From Enterobacter phage EspM4VN: a DNA stretch of 64,000 nt. A program made the translations under genes and the position numbers. Of the stretch, positions 28,244 to 37,803 are shown in pieces. Where the stretch lies: the sequence record LC373201.2. One strand, written 5' to 3'. Numbering within the stretch: the first letter of the stretch is position 1; each line of letters starts with the position of its first letter. Below the pieces are notes generated by a model that searched no databases, was not told where the DNA came from, and saw only the letters and a program-made list of their open reading frames with translations.

Positions 28244-29119
28244 ATGAAACCTGAATTGCAAAAACTGTTTGAGGGCGTTAACGGCCTCAGCACCGACTTC
28301 CTGGATAAAGTGTCCGGTCTGCTGGAATCTAAAGTAGAAGCCGCTCGCCTGACCGCTATTCAAGAAACCGAAAACGCTGCCAACGTTGAGCGCCTGCGTC
28401 TGGTTGAAGCTCATCAGTCTGAGATTGCTCAGCTGAAAGAGTCTCACTTGATGGAGATCGCAACCAAAGTTGACAGCTTCCTGAACGCTGTTGTAGAAGA
28501 GTGGGCTAACACCAACGCTCCTGCAATCGATGCTCAGATCAAGCGTGAAGCAGCTGAAAACCTGCTGACTGGCCTGACTGGCGTTCTGAAAGAAGCTGGT
28601 ATCAACTTTGCGACTGACGAAAACGGCCAGATCGCTGCGCTGACTGCCCGCCTGACTGAAGCAGAACAACGTGCTGCGGCTGCTGAAAGCGAAAACCGTC
28701 AAATCAAAGAAGCCGCGAATGCAACTCTGCGCGACTCTGTGATCACCCGTATCTGTGAAGGTATGGTCGACACCAAGAAAGCAACGGTTGTCAATCTGCT
28801 GGAAGCGGTGCAGTTCACCACCGAAAGCGAATTCGCTTCCCGCGTACACACCTTCCGCAACCTGGTAGAAGGTAAGTCCGCGAAGAAAGAAGGCGATGAC
28901 GATGACTTCCAGGACAAAGTCGGCGGCAAAGACGGTGACGACGACAATAAAGACAAAGGCGACAAAGACAAAGTCGACGAAGGCAAAAAGCCTAAGAAAG
29001 AAGGCGATGACGACAAAGACGATGATAAAGACGATGAAGATGAAACAGACAAAGAGCTGAAAGAATCTATCAAGCGTCAGTTGGAAGACTACAATCGTCG
29101 CTTCGGCATCAACGGCTAA
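28244..29119 (+). CDS. gp22: prohead scaffold protein (T4 gp22 position), coiled-coil with a polyacidic/KD-rich C-terminus
   Basis: 291 aa. The protein is helical and A/E/L-rich. A KKEGDDDDFQDKVGGKDGDDDNKDKGDKDK ... DDDKDDEDE tract lies near the C-terminus. The position matches T4 gene 22. Confidence 0.7.
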   Translation: MKPELQKLFEGVNGLSTDFLDKVSGLLESKVEAARLTAIQETENAANVERLRLVEAHQSEIAQLKESHLMEIATKVDSFLNAVVEEWANTNAPAIDAQIKREAAENLLTGLTGVLKEAGINFATDENGQIAALTARLTEAEQRAAAAESENRQIKEAANATLRDSVITRICEGMVDTKKATVVNLLEAVQFTTESEFASRVHTFRNLVEGKSAKKEGDDDDFQDKVGGKDGDDDNKDKGDKDKVDEGKKPKKEGDDDKDDDKDDEDETDKELKESIKRQLEDYNRRFGING

Positions 29120-29131
29120 TTTTAGCAGCCA

Positions 29132-29158
29132 CAGCCCTCGAAAGGGGGCTTGATTTTG
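29132..29158 (+). terminator. weak, imperfect hairpin (AGCCCTC-GAAA-GGGGGCT, then TGATTTTG) after the scaffold gene
   Basis: Imperfect stem, seen directly. Confidence 0.35.
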
Positions 29159-29201
29159 AACTACTAAGTAATTTCAACTTAACTGAATATCAATGTAAGG
29201 A

Positions 29202-30533
29202 ATGACCATCATGGCTAAGAAACTTGTTACCGAACAAATGCGCGAGCAGTGGCTGCCAGTTCTTCAGAAAGAATCTGAAAGTATCCAGCCGCTTTCTGCC
29301 GAAAACGTTGCCGTCCGCCTGCTGCAAAACCAGGCTGAGTGGAACGCCAAAAACCTGGGCGAATCCGACGCTCCTGGTTCTGTAAACGCCTCTGTGGGCA
29401 AATGGCAGCCAGTCCTGATCGACATGGCTAAACGTCTGGCTCCGATCAACATCGCGATGGACTTCTTCGGTGTTCAGCCGCTGTCTGGTCCTGACGGTCA
29501 GATCTTTGCTCTGCGTGCTCGCCAGGGTATCGCCGACGGTTCCAACACCCAACAGTCCCGTAAAGAACTGTTCATGCAGGAAGCTGATTCTGGCTACTCT
29601 GGTGACGGTACTGTACAGGCTGGTGACCCATCTGGCTTTACTCAGGCCGAGATCGAAGGTTCCGGCGCTGGCGTGACCACCATCGGTAAAGGCATGCCAA
29701 CCACCGACGCTGAACTGCTGGGTACTACCACCAACCCTTGGGCGCGTGTTGGTATCACCGTTCAGAAAGCAACCGTGACTGCGAAGTCTCGCGGCCTGTA
29801 CGCTGACTACAGCCACGAGCTGCGTCAGGACATGATGGCGATCCACGGCGAAGACGTTGACAGCATCCTGTCCGACGTGATGGTAACTGAAATTCAGGCC
29901 GAGATGAACCGTGAGTTTATCCGCACCATGAACTTCAGCGCAGTACGCTTCAAAAAATTCGGCGCAAACGGCGTTGTAGACATCTCCACCGACATCTCCG
30001 GTCGTTGGGCGCTGGAAAAATGGAAGTACATGACTTTCATGCTGGAAGTCGAAGCGAACGGCATCGGTGTTGACACCCGTCGTGGTAAAGGCAACCGTGT
30101 TCTGTGTTCTCCGAACGTAGCATCCGCTCTGGCGATGTCCGGCATGCTGGATTACGCTCCGGCACTGCAGGAAAACACCAAGCTGGCGATCGACCCAACT
30201 GGCCAGACCTTCGCTGGTGTTCTGTCTAACGGTATGCGTGTCTACATCGACCCGTATGCAGTAGCAGAGTACATCACCCTGGCATACAAAGGCGCGACCG
30301 CGCTGGATGCTGGTATCTTCTTCGCGCCGTATGTGCCGCTGGAAATGTACCGCACCCAGGGTGAAACCACCTTCAGCCCACGTATGGCGTTCAAAACTCG
30401 TTACGGCATCTGCGCGAACCCATTCGTACAGATCCCAGCGAACCAGGACCCACAGGTTTACGTGACTGCCGACGGTATCGCTCAGGACAGCAACCCTTAC
30501 TTCCGTAAAGGTCTGATCAAAGGTCTGTTCTAA
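29202..30533 (+). CDS. gp23: major capsid protein, T4 gp23 homologue
   Basis: MTIMAKKL ...; PINIAMDFFGVQPLSGPDGQIFALRA aligns with T4 gp23 PNLIAFDICGVQPMNSPTGQVFALRA. Further matches include DNPWNEMGFRID, KSRGLYADYSHELRQDM, NRVLCSPNVASAL, YAPYVPLEMYRTQ and MAFKTRYGICANPF. Confidence 0.9.
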   Translation: MTIMAKKLVTEQMREQWLPVLQKESESIQPLSAENVAVRLLQNQAEWNAKNLGESDAPGSVNASVGKWQPVLIDMAKRLAPINIAMDFFGVQPLSGPDGQIFALRARQGIADGSNTQQSRKELFMQEADSGYSGDGTVQAGDPSGFTQAEIEGSGAGVTTIGKGMPTTDAELLGTTTNPWARVGITVQKATVTAKSRGLYADYSHELRQDMMAIHGEDVDSILSDVMVTEIQAEMNREFIRTMNFSAVRFKKFGANGVVDISTDISGRWALEKWKYMTFMLEVEANGIGVDTRRGKGNRVLCSPNVASALAMSGMLDYAPALQENTKLAIDPTGQTFAGVLSNGMRVYIDPYAVAEYITLAYKGATALDAGIFFAPYVPLEMYRTQGETTFSPRMAFKTRYGICANPFVQIPANQDPQVYVTADGIAQDSNPYFRKGLIKGLF

Positions 30534-30552
30534 TCTAACAGACTGGTCCTAC

Positions 30553-30578
30553 AAAACCCCGCTTCGGCGGGGTTTTTC
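30553..30578 (+). terminator. strong intrinsic terminator (AAAACCCCGC-TTCG-GCGGGGTTTTT) after the major capsid gene
   Basis: Perfect 10-bp GC stem, TTCG loop and a U-run. Confidence 0.8.
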
Positions 30579-30625
30579 ATTATGGGGATTCGCTATATGA
30601 TGTGCCAAACTAATTGGAGGCCATC

Positions 30626-30850
30626 ATGATTGACAAAGAAATAGACATCCGCGGCATAGAGCTGCAGGGCACCAAGAAATATATCGTCTCCATACTGGAA
30701 GACATAGACAAAGAAACAAGCGAAACCCGCAAAGGATTCGGGTGGCTGTTGCGATCTAAAGAATTGGAGAGTCTCCGCCTGTTCAGGCGAGTTGTCTGCA
30801 TTATGCTTGACGACATCAATGAAAAGATCGCCAAGCACATTCCGAGCTAA
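30626..30850 (+). CDS. hypothetical protein (74 aa)
   Basis: GGAGG RBS 5 nt before ATG 30626. Confidence 0.4.
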   Translation: MIDKEIDIRGIELQGTKKYIVSILEDIDKETSETRKGFGWLLRSKELESLRLFRRVVCIMLDDINEKIAKHIPS

Positions 30851-30942
30851 TTCCTTTATCGTGTCGATTTAATACCCGCGTTGTTCAATACACCCACCTG
30901 TTGTATGCTTATACAGTCAACCATACAACAGGAGTACAAATC

Positions 30943-31260
30943 ATGTCAAGTAACCTCGTAGCACCACCACAATCCGTGTCCCAAATCTTGGTCAATGCTC
31001 GTTCTCATAAAGAGCGTCTGTGCAACCTCCTCACCAATATCAGAAACATCCGTATCCAACTCGACGGTGATTTCCCAACCCCTCAGAATGGGGACGACAA
31101 AGAAGTGGCCACGCCTGGTCTGGTTGGCAGGGTGATTGACATCCAGTCTGATCAGGACGATATTGTCGACGCTATCTTTACCCATCTGGATGTGATCCAT
31201 GAAAAGTTGGGCAGTTCCTATCACCCAGATTGTGAAGATGAAAGAGACTCAGGCAATTAA
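30943..31260 (+). CDS. hypothetical protein (105 aa)
   Basis: AGGAG RBS before ATG 30943. Confidence 0.4.
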   Translation: MSSNLVAPPQSVSQILVNARSHKERLCNLLTNIRNIRIQLDGDFPTPQNGDDKEVATPGLVGRVIDIQSDQDDIVDAIFTHLDVIHEKLGSSYHPDCEDERDSGN

Positions 31261-31317
31261 TCTAAGCCTTGGGGTGGATATATAATACATTCACCATATT
31301 CACCCCAGGAGTCTTGA

Positions 31318-32175
31318 ATGAAAAAGGCTATATTCATTTGTAACCTGACCGACATCATGGCAGAGCCGTGGCACAAAGCAGGTTACGAATGCTGGTTGTT
31401 CGATGCCCAACATCCTGAAGGTTGCCACAAAGGCGACGATGGGATCTACAGAGTCGGTTGCTGGCTCAATACCCCCGAAGATATCTTCCGCCATACTGGG
31501 CGCGACAACATTGCGTTCGTCATGGGGTTCCCTGAATGTACCCATCTCACTGTGACAGGATCGCGCTGGTTTGAATCCAAGCGTGAAGAGGATCCGTTGT
31601 TCCAAGAGAAGGCAATGGAACTGGTCTATCTGTGCCGCGATGTTGGTGAGGCTGCAGGTTGCCCATGGGCGCTTGAGAACCCCGTCAGCGTGATCTCATC
31701 CTTCTGGAGACCATCCGACTTTCTTATCAACCCACATGAATACGGTGCATACCTCCCTGAAGATGATGAGCACCCTCTGTATCCCAAGTACATCAAGCCC
31801 CGCGACGCATACACGAAGAAGACTTGTCTTTGGGTGGGCGGCGGTTTTAAACTGCCTGAGAAGAAGCCCGTGGGTCCAGATGGCACAGCCCTGGTTCATG
31901 GTCGCCATCCTGATCCTAAGCTGGCACACACTCTGCTGTATCCTGAGGGGGAAGACAGGGCTGGCGAGCCGATGTATGACGAGCGCGGTTATCCGGACTG
32001 GAATTACAGTCTGCAGCACAGCAAGCTCGGCGGCAAGGATACATTCACCAAGAACGTCCGTTCTGCTACGCCTCGGGGATTTGCTCTGGCTGTGTTCATG
32101 GTTCACAACGGATTATGTCGCGAGCACGTAGAGGGAATTCGAAGCCGTAATCTGCTAGAGTTGCTCGGGAAGTAG
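31318..32175 (+). CDS. hypothetical protein (285 aa) with weak resemblance to C5-MTase-type motifs (GFPEC, ENPVSV)
   Basis: MKKAIFICNLTD ... GFPECTHLTV ... WALENPVSVISS. Only the motifs hint at a function, and I could not confirm it. Confidence 0.4.
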   Translation: MKKAIFICNLTDIMAEPWHKAGYECWLFDAQHPEGCHKGDDGIYRVGCWLNTPEDIFRHTGRDNIAFVMGFPECTHLTVTGSRWFESKREEDPLFQEKAMELVYLCRDVGEAAGCPWALENPVSVISSFWRPSDFLINPHEYGAYLPEDDEHPLYPKYIKPRDAYTKKTCLWVGGGFKLPEKKPVGPDGTALVHGRHPDPKLAHTLLYPEGEDRAGEPMYDERGYPDWNYSLQHSKLGGKDTFTKNVRSATPRGFALAVFMVHNGLCREHVEGIRSRNLLELLGK

Positions 32176-32232
32176 TTTTCAATAACGGGGCGAGAGGTAT
32201 TATTGCCCCGTCTACTATCCGAGGGCTGTGCC

Positions 32233-32457
32233 ATGTACCTGAAAAAGATCGTGAAGAAGCCGAAAGGCGATATTGTTGAAGTGTGCCTTGTTGAGGTTTA
32301 TGTTGACTCCTGGAACAATGAGCAGCGTTACTTCATGGTCAACACATTGGTGTACGTGCCAGCCTCTCACCTGAACCGTGATTTCATCACACCAGAAAAT
32401 ATCGTCCGCTGGGAGATTGCAACGCAGTCCGACATCGACGAAGATCAAATTCTTTGA
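32233..32457 (+). CDS. hypothetical protein (74 aa)
   Basis: ORF seen in the translation. The start is assumed at ATG 32233. Confidence 0.3.
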   Translation: MYLKKIVKKPKGDIVEVCLVEVYVDSWNNEQRYFMVNTLVYVPASHLNRDFITPENIVRWEIATQSDIDEDQIL

Positions 32458-32474
32458 ACTGAAGGATCTATATC

Positions 32475-32915
32475 ATGTCAAAAGAGAAATACATTTTCAT
32501 CAGTCCGGCCACGAAGGAGTTCTTCATCTCCGAAGTGAAAGATCGTGTTGAGAAGTTCCGCTACATGCGCAGCTATGGCCTGGCGTCCGGTGAGATCGAT
32601 TATCAGTCACTGGACAATGACCGCCAGGATCTGATCGACGACGGCTGGCGTCTGGTCCCGTCCCCTCAGTACATCCACATCAAGTTGTACTACATGAAGG
32701 ACAGCGGGAAGTATTATTCTGAAGGTGAACTCGTCCTCAATCGTGGCGAAGCCGAAGCCGAACCCGCCAAGAACTGGATGTTGGCAATGGACCAGATCCG
32801 CGAACTGCTAGACTCTGGCAATCTGCCTGGCCTGATCAAGGGTTCGAAGTTCGACGTGTTCGTTACGGGTCAGGGTCATCCTGGCGGTTATCCACATCTG
32901 TTCCGTATTAACTGA
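32475..32915 (+). CDS. hypothetical protein (146 aa)
   Basis: ORF with an RBS-like GGATCTATATC ATG. Confidence 0.4.
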   Translation: MSKEKYIFISPATKEFFISEVKDRVEKFRYMRSYGLASGEIDYQSLDNDRQDLIDDGWRLVPSPQYIHIKLYYMKDSGKYYSEGELVLNRGEAEAEPAKNWMLAMDQIRELLDSGNLPGLIKGSKFDVFVTGQGHPGGYPHLFRIN

Positions 32916-32917
32916 GG

Positions 32918-33160
32918 TTGATCATGAGGATCAAAACTATCGGCGCAAGCCCATTGGGTGGAACTATCTATCAGGGTACTCTCGACACAGTCAAGTCCAT
33001 GTGGGTTGGCAACAAGACTGATATCACCGATGAGTGTGTTCGGGCTACCGCAGAGCACCTGAAGATCGTGAAGAAGGACTATTGCTTTCCGACCAAAGAT
33101 GGCAAGTTCCTGGTCATGTCAGCTGAACTGCACGACACCCTTCCCGACCGCTTCAAATAA
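32918..33160 (+). CDS. hypothetical protein (80 aa)
   Basis: Translationally coupled to the upstream ORF (TGAGGTTGATC ATG). Confidence 0.4.
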   Translation: MIMRIKTIGASPLGGTIYQGTLDTVKSMWVGNKTDITDECVRATAEHLKIVKKDYCFPTKDGKFLVMSAELHDTLPDRFK

Positions 33161-33180
33161 ATTTTAAATTTATTCAATAA

Positions 33181-33209
33181 ACGGGGTTTACTTCTTCAAT
33201 AAACCCCGT
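33181..33209 (+). other. hairpin ACGGGGTTTA-cttcttcaa-TAAACCCCGT (perfect 10-bp stem, no U-run) in a tttacttc..ttcaataa repeat context
   Basis: Inverted repeat seen directly. Related ttcaataa / gggtttacttcttc strings occur at 44851, 48661 and 54113. Confidence 0.4.
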
Positions 33210-33263
33210 ATACTTCATTCCATAAGCAGCACAACACTGACTCTGAAATGAAGGAACTACACC

Positions 33264-33560
33264 ATGAACAACATGCCAACCACCAAAACTGCTCTGGTAA
33301 TCGATTCTCGCTTTATCGTTGAAGCATGGGCCAATAGCCAAAACTCTTATGTGTATTCCCTTTACGTCGGCGACACCTATATTTCTTGCCTCGGCATCGA
33401 TGGTTCCGTGAATGAGCACGGCGTGAACGAGCGCTATACCAAAAAGCAGGCTATCGCCGATGCCACCAAATTCGCGACCGACATTCTGGGTCGCATCAAT
33501 GCGGGCAAGCCGTACAAGCGCGGTGAAAAAGGCTACGCCACCCAATTGCTTGGTGCTTAA
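33264..33560 (+). CDS. hypothetical protein (98 aa)
   Basis: ORF preceded by GGAAC ... ACC ATG. Confidence 0.4.
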   Translation: MNNMPTTKTALVIDSRFIVEAWANSQNSYVYSLYVGDTYISCLGIDGSVNEHGVNERYTKKQAIADATKFATDILGRINAGKPYKRGEKGYATQLLGA

Positions 33561-33629
33561 TTTGTTCTAAACCTTTGAACGGGGTATGTTAAGCGCATAC
33601 CCTATCCCCTACAAATAGAGGACTTTATC

Positions 33630-33950
33630 ATGGCTAACAGCATCCCAATTTTAGAAGCGGTCGTAAAAGAGAACCCTCGAGCGCGCAAACCACGTCGCCG
33701 CCTGGTCACCAAGCTGGATCTTCTGAAACAGAAGTTTGGCGATCACAGCGTGTTCACCCGTATCCGCAATGCATTAAAGGAAGGCAGAACCGAGCTGGAG
33801 CTATACCGTCCGAACGGTTCGACACGCGCGTATCAGACCACCGACGGCTTGCTGGAACTGATCCGCCTGAGCGGGATGACGATCGAACCGCGTTCGTCAG
33901 GCACCCCTCTGTGCTCCCTGTATGTCATCGGCAATCTTGGGGCGCTGTGA
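33630..33950 (+). CDS. hypothetical protein (106 aa), basic N-terminus
   Basis: GAGGAC RBS upstream of the ATG. Confidence 0.4.
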   Translation: MANSIPILEAVVKENPRARKPRRRLVTKLDLLKQKFGDHSVFTRIRNALKEGRTELELYRPNGSTRAYQTTDGLLELIRLSGMTIEPRSSGTPLCSLYVIGNLGAL

Positions 33951-33955
33951 GTTCT

Positions 33956-34378
33956 ATGAAGAAGTATATCGTTGTCATCACTGGTTCCCGCTCAATTACC
34001 GAGCGGGATAAGGTCTTCGCCAAGCTGGATGAACTCCTCGATCCTCATGAAGTCTATACGTTGATCGAGGGCGAAGCCACGGGCGTCGACACGATTTGTC
34101 GTGATTGGGCTGAAATCAATTATGTTAATGTCACCCCTATGCCAATTCCACCGGGCTATTATGAAAAATATGGCAAAGGGATGGGTAACAAACGCAATCA
34201 GGACATGTTAGACAAGGCATTGGAACTCGCCAGACAGACCAAGCTGGAAGTGTATCCGATTGCGATGTGGGATGGTTCGTCCACTGGCACCCTGGACATG
34301 ATAAACAGGCTGAAGAAGGCAGGTCTCCCTGTGGATATCACTCTGATGGGTAAACCCAAAACCAAGCGCCTTTTGTAA
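33956..34378 (+). CDS. hypothetical protein with a Rossmann-like VVITGSRS ... GEATGVD motif (possibly SLOG/DUF2493-like)
   Basis: MKKYIVVITGSRSITERDKVFAKLDELLD ... IEGEATGVDTICRDWAE. The resemblance rests on the motifs only. Confidence 0.35.
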   Translation: MKKYIVVITGSRSITERDKVFAKLDELLDPHEVYTLIEGEATGVDTICRDWAEINYVNVTPMPIPPGYYEKYGKGMGNKRNQDMLDKALELARQTKLEVYPIAMWDGSSTGTLDMINRLKKAGLPVDITLMGKPKTKRLL

Positions 34379-34419
34379 CCTGTCATAAATAATCTGAGTT
34401 CACACAGCGGAGATACATC

Positions 34420-34587
34420 ATGTTTGTCGTCAATCTGTTCTGCTATATCTTCACGGCGTACTTCCTGGGAGCAGTGGGGTTCGAGACCTACAATGACCTG
34501 AAGGATGGGGAATACGCCACCCGAACGGTCTATGCCAAGAAGTTTGTTCGCAAGTTCTGTTCAAACTTCGTTTACAAACTGCCCTGA
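34420..34587 (+). CDS. small membrane protein (55 aa); absent from the ORF track
   Basis: GGAG RBS 8 nt before ATG 34420. The product MFVVNLFCYIFTAYFLGAVGF is hydrophobic. Confidence 0.35.
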   Translation: MFVVNLFCYIFTAYFLGAVGFETYNDLKDGEYATRTVYAKKFVRKFCSNFVYKLP

Positions 34588-34590
34588 TCC

Positions 34591-34598
34591 CTAAATAC
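34591..34598 (+). promoter_or_regulatory. late promoter variant CTAAATAC within palindrome AAATACCCCCAT / ATGGGGTATTT (34610-34620)
   Basis: Same module as at 1377 and 6604. The gene start is ATG 34625. Confidence 0.55.
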
Positions 34599-34624
34599 CC
34601 CCATCATCCATGGGGTATTTTCTT

Positions 34625-35353
34625 ATGAACGCACAGATCTATGACGCCCTATCCCAGGGCAACGCCTTTACCAATCCTCTCCCGTCCCTCAGCAGCACCT
34701 CACAGGGATTAATCACCAGTGGCAAGGCGACTACAGCCGGATTGGCTAACACCGGAAATACGCAGATCCAGAACGCCCTGACGGCAGGTGGGTTAACGAC
34801 AGCCAAACTCAATGAATCGACGGCGATGTTCAACTCAGCCAACGCCAGCATCACCACTCTGAACAACTATGGTGACCAGTCAGTGAACGAAGCCTATTCC
34901 CGCATCGGCACATCGGTGTCGTACAAGTCCGGTCTGAAGTCTATCGACCGAGAGCCGAACAACTGTGATCTGATCAACAATGCCTTTGGGGTTATCCAGA
35001 ACCTCGGCAAGCAATGGCTCAACACCATGCAAAGCGTGCTCACAACTGTCACAGACAAGATGAATGAGCTGGCCGAGTTGGTAGCACAGGGTGTCAGTGC
35101 GGGGCTTGCTGCTATCCAGGCGCTGGCCGCCGAAGTCACCCAGGCCATCAACAATGCTGTGACAGCAGTCGCCTCTGTTGCTCAAGACATCACGAACGGT
35201 ATTGCAGCAGAGTTGGCCCACATCCAAGACATGATTGGCAAGTGTCTGAACTTCTCTTTTGCCAACGTGATCTCAGAGTGGGCGAAAGATATCTGCGCCG
35301 GAGGTGTCATCAACAGCATCGGTTCTGATAATCTGAAGAATGCCCTGAAGTGA
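34625..35353 (+). CDS. late-expressed protein of unknown function (242 aa; Ala/Thr/Asn-rich, probably a virion component)
   Basis: A late-promoter module lies directly upstream. The ORF track starts at ATG 34610, which lies inside the palindrome, so 34625 is preferred by analogy with the other modules. Confidence 0.5.
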   Translation: MNAQIYDALSQGNAFTNPLPSLSSTSQGLITSGKATTAGLANTGNTQIQNALTAGGLTTAKLNESTAMFNSANASITTLNNYGDQSVNEAYSRIGTSVSYKSGLKSIDREPNNCDLINNAFGVIQNLGKQWLNTMQSVLTTVTDKMNELAELVAQGVSAGLAAIQALAAEVTQAINNAVTAVASVAQDITNGIAAELAHIQDMIGKCLNFSFANVISEWAKDICAGGVINSIGSDNLKNALK

Positions 35354-36004
35354 TCATCTAGATCTCGCTGGAAGAACTCCCACTGGTTCAATCCCATCCA
35401 ACAGTAGGGAGTTCACCCCAACGTTGCTCAGCCTGATCCATATCGTTCCTTCCGGCTTCACCTCAAATATGTTCATCTCATTCCCAACTGCTTCCCCATT
35501 CACAAACACGCCCTGTGTTGCTATCCTCACGGGTTTGGTCGAGTCATTCACTATCTTGAATGTTACAGTGAGTTCAGAGTTGACGTCAAGGCGACCTACA
35601 GTGTGTTGCTTCAGCTTTGCATAGAACGATGGGTTGAACGTGATGATGATGCTGTTGTTCTGGGAGTAATAAATACTGGCAGACAGGTAAGGTATCTTCC
35701 CCTCATCACCCTTTCGAAGCAGGGGGATGGTAGTCTTCCAGTAAGGCTTGAGGGTGTTGGTGTTCTCCTCGAAGCAACCCAGAGGTATCAGCTTTTGGAA
35801 CGTCTGGAACTCTTGGACGATCCCATCAAGGATTCCTTTGTTGCAGGTCTGAACATCAGCCGATATCGTGACAGGCAATGTGCGCACTTCTGGGTTCCAG
35901 AGTTCGGAAACAGAAATGATTGGCGTGACAAAGATGCGACAGCTCACAAGAAGGAGCACCGCACATGCCAACAGCAATCTACTGATCCCGCGCATCAGGG
36001 TCAC
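35354..36004 (-). CDS. lipoprotein on the opposite strand (signal peptide with lipobox LLLVSC); function unknown
   Basis: The minus-strand translation reads (V)TLMRGISRLLLACAVLLLVSC|RIF ... The start is either GTG with a GGAG RBS at 7 nt or ATG 35995. The gene sits between plus-strand genes, divergent from the gene at 36034. Confidence 0.5.
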   Translation of the reverse strand: MTLMRGISRLLLACAVLLLVSCRIFVTPIISVSELWNPEVRTLPVTISADVQTCNKGILDGIVQEFQTFQKLIPLGCFEENTNTLKPYWKTTIPLLRKGDEGKIPYLSASIYYSQNNSIIITFNPSFYAKLKQHTVGRLDVNSELTVTFKIVNDSTKPVRIATQGVFVNGEAVGNEMNIFEVKPEGTIWIRLSNVGVNSLLLDGIEPVGVLPARSR

Positions 36005-36033
36005 AAAATATCTCCACAGCAAAAGGTGCTATT

Positions 36034-36534
36034 ATGTCTGACGTACAATTCAAGAACGAAAACCCTAATTTTGCGGCGTCTGATAAATGGCGCTTATCAA
36101 TCGGCGACTTAACGCTTGTGTCCCGCAATATTCATGACTTCAGCATTCCTGGCCTCTATTCAGAGGGTATCGATGGTCCATCACCAGGCGATGTGCTTGT
36201 ATCCATACCGTCGGAACGTTTAACATATGATCCCATCGTATTTACTTTCGTTATAGATGAGGACTGGAAGTCATGGCTTCAGATCCACAACTGGATTAAG
36301 TCCAACGTTGGCTTGGATATGCCTGTCAGCAAGGATATCGTGATCGAGTTGTTGGACAACCTCAACCGCCCGATTGGCCTGACCCTGGTACTGGAAGATG
36401 CTCGCCCGACGGCTCTTGACAACGTTCTGGTCGACGTCGATGCTGCAGTGCCTCAGCTGGTGACGACTGTGACCTTCAAGTTCCAGCAGATGGTTCCTCA
36501 GCTGGCGACCAAAGAAGTTGTTCCTAACCCGTGA
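36034..36534 (+). CDS. hypothetical protein (166 aa)
   Basis: AAAAGG RBS before the ATG. Confidence 0.45.
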   Translation: MSDVQFKNENPNFAASDKWRLSIGDLTLVSRNIHDFSIPGLYSEGIDGPSPGDVLVSIPSERLTYDPIVFTFVIDEDWKSWLQIHNWIKSNVGLDMPVSKDIVIELLDNLNRPIGLTLVLEDARPTALDNVLVDVDAAVPQLVTTVTFKFQQMVPQLATKEVVPNP

Positions 36535-36576
36535 AATGCGGTATAATTCTATGACATTGACAAGCTGGGATATTTT

Positions 36577-37029
36577 ATGAAAGAACAACTACAGACAATG
36601 GCAACCGAGGACATCATGAACGAACTGGAGCCGCTGATTACAGTGGACCCAGAAGACATGAACCTCGACCAGATCTCACTAAAGATCGGGCGCTCTTGGA
36701 TGGCTGTACAGCGACATTACCTGCGTGAGGGACGTTATCTTGAATTCCTCAACGGGCGCTTCCGCCAGATCGATCTTTATCTGCGCCGCTATTATGCAGG
36801 GGAGTTACCACCGAACATCTATGCGGAGCGTCCCCTGAAGGTTCGCCCCCTGAAGTCTGACTTGGACACATGGGTCAAAGCCGACGATGACTATGTAGAA
36901 TTGTCTGTTCTATTGCAAGAGCAGAAGGCAAAGGTCAAATTTATTGAGACTTGTTTGGATCGTCTGAACAAGCTCGGGTATGAAGTGAAGAACGCCATCG
37001 ATTGGCGTCGTTACATGGATGGTTCCTGA
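36577..37029 (+). CDS. hypothetical protein (150 aa)
   Basis: ORF with a TGGGATATTTT ATG start. Confidence 0.45.
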   Translation: MKEQLQTMATEDIMNELEPLITVDPEDMNLDQISLKIGRSWMAVQRHYLREGRYLEFLNGRFRQIDLYLRRYYAGELPPNIYAERPLKVRPLKSDLDTWVKADDDYVELSVLLQEQKAKVKFIETCLDRLNKLGYEVKNAIDWRRYMDGS

Positions 37030-37775
37030 TGGCATCTCTCCAAGCCCTGCGCAAGCTGAACGACTTCGAAAATCGCCATTACACATTCCAGCAGTACGAA
37101 CTTCCTCATAAGGAACTGGAGTGTGTGACGACGGAGAACGGTCGTCATTATGTGTCACCAACTGGTGTCAAGCTGACGTCTGTCACGACTATGCTGGGGC
37201 GCACTGGTGATCATGAATGGCTTGAGGCTTGGAGGGAGAAGCTTGGTGCAGAGGCCGCCGACCTCGAGACCATGCGTTGTGCCGACCGAGGGGAGAAGCT
37301 GCATCTTGCATGTGAACTGTATTTGAAGAACCGCCCAATGAAAGAAGTGTTGGAAGCGGCTGGCGAATACATGTTCATGTTCAAGCAGCTGTTCCCCTAC
37401 CTGAACAAGATGACAAAGATCTATGCTCAGGAGATCCCATTATATAGCGAGGTGCTTGGCCTCGCAGGTCGAGTGGACCTTATCGGGGTTTATGAGGGCA
37501 AGCCTGCCATCATCGACTTCAAGACGTCGAACATCATGAAGACGCGGGGAATGATCGAGGACTACAGTATCCAGCTGTGCTTGTACTCTGTTATGTTCCA
37601 GCAGATGTTCGGTGTCAAGATCACCCGCCTCATCAATGTGATTGCCAACGAGTCTTCCCCTCTACCAACCGTCATTGAGTTCAACCGTGATGACATCCTG
37701 ACAAAGATGTTTGAGCGTGTTCGTCTGTACCATCGCATGGATAAAGAACAGAACGGAGTCTGGCCGGATCGCTAA
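37029..37775 (+). CDS. PD-(D/E)xK family nuclease (RecB/Cas4-like exonuclease fold)
   Basis: GRVDLIGVYEGKPAIIDFKTS carries the D ... D/E-x-K catalytic signature. ATGA stop/start coupling with the upstream gene. Confidence 0.5.
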   Translation: MASLQALRKLNDFENRHYTFQQYELPHKELECVTTENGRHYVSPTGVKLTSVTTMLGRTGDHEWLEAWREKLGAEAADLETMRCADRGEKLHLACELYLKNRPMKEVLEAAGEYMFMFKQLFPYLNKMTKIYAQEIPLYSEVLGLAGRVDLIGVYEGKPAIIDFKTSNIMKTRGMIEDYSIQLCLYSVMFQQMFGVKITRLINVIANESSPLPTVIEFNRDDILTKMFERVRLYHRMDKEQNGVWPDR

Positions 37776-37779
37776 ATAC
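37772..37779 (+). promoter_or_regulatory. late promoter variant CTAAATAC with AAATACCCCATA arm upstream of uvsW
   Basis: The sequence cgCTAAATACcccataatccttgggagattttgtATG lies just before 37804. Confidence 0.45.
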
Positions 37780-37803
37780 CCCATAATCCTTGGGAGATTT
37801 TGT

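Noticed and set aside
31318-32175. Calling the 285-aa protein a DNA cytosine methyltransferase
   Set aside because: Only two short motif-like strings (GFPEC, ENPVSV) resemble C5-MTase motifs IV and VI. No motif I (FxGxG) is visible and the order and spacing were not verified.
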